NCBI GenBank assembly: GCA_963821525.1
Contig: CAWGED010000004.1
Location: 64,001 to 128,000, forward strand
DNA: 64,000 bases
Source: an uncultured Gemmatimonadales bacterium
GTDB lineage: Bacteria; Gemmatimonadota; Gemmatimonadetes; Gemmatimonadales; GWC2-71-9
Reading direction: 5' to 3'
How positions within the stretch are numbered: position 1 is the first letter of the stretch; each line of letters begins with the position of its first letter. The notes beneath the pieces were generated by a model that worked only from the letters and a program-made list of their open reading frames with translations, made no database searches and was not told the origin of the DNA. Positions 63,688 to 64,000 of the stretch are shown here, piece after piece. The position numbers and the translations under genes were made by a program.

Positions 63688-64000
63688 TTGAATCGCCCAC
63701 TCGTTGTCGCTGCGGCGACCGGCCTGCTCTCCTGCGGGGGCAGCGCGCCAACCATGGCGCGGCCGGTTGACTACATCCCGCCCACGGTAACTCTGACCTC
63801 GCCCGTGTCCGGCACCGCGTCCGGCAACGTGACGATCACGGCCAACGCGCACGACGATCAGCGCATGGGGAGCGTGAAGTTCTTCGTGGACGGCCAGGCC
63901 TACGGCCCCTTGGATCAGGCGGCGCCCTTTACGACTCAGTGGAGTTCCAATGCCGGAGGGACGTATACTTTCGGCGCCACGGCCTATGACAAGGCCGGTA
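63688..64000 (+). CDS. Lipoprotein with bacterial Ig-like domain (partial)
   Basis: TTG start, GLLSC lipobox; PPTVTLTSP...VKFFVDG...ATAYDKAG. Confidence 0.7.
   Translation, partial: MNRPLVVAAATGLLSCGGSAPTMARPVDYIPPTVTLTSPVSGTASGNVTITANAHDDQRMGSVKFFVDGQAYGPLDQAAPFTTQWSSNAGGTYTFGATAYDKAG

Overview
GC-rich bacterial DNA. Gene content (Ser/Thr kinase fused to a TolB-like propeller, membrane-anchored BTAD-TPR regulator, many peptidases) suggests Gemmatimonadota; this is inference. Two regions stand out. (1) 1.7-15.3 kb is a RiPP/peptide-export locus: class I lanthipeptide lanB-lanC-lanA, a lanC relic, a SurA/PpiC-like protein, a C39-peptidase ABC exporter with two cNMP-binding domains, HlyD, and a sigma54 activator lacking a sensor domain. 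A diverged ~1 kb tandem duplication follows. Each copy has a candidate enhancer, a -24/-12 promoter and three tiny Cys-free double-glycine peptide genes, giving six genes absent from the ORF track; two of the three types have conserved leaders and diverged cores. (2) 47.3-53.6 kb has four copies of a structured leader motif that I do not recognise (hairpin-CCTTGTCG-hairpin-AG[TC/GT]GAAGGC-terminator-like hairpin). They precede a PAS kinase/response regulator pair, csbD-DUF1328-DUF892 stress genes (tandem copies) and an outer-membrane barrel, so they are a candidate riboswitch or attenuator. The rest is metabolic and peptidase genes interspersed with short-period (7-8 nt) inverted tandem repeats, some inside coding sequence. 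More than a dozen single-base frameshifts suggest uncorrected long-read errors.
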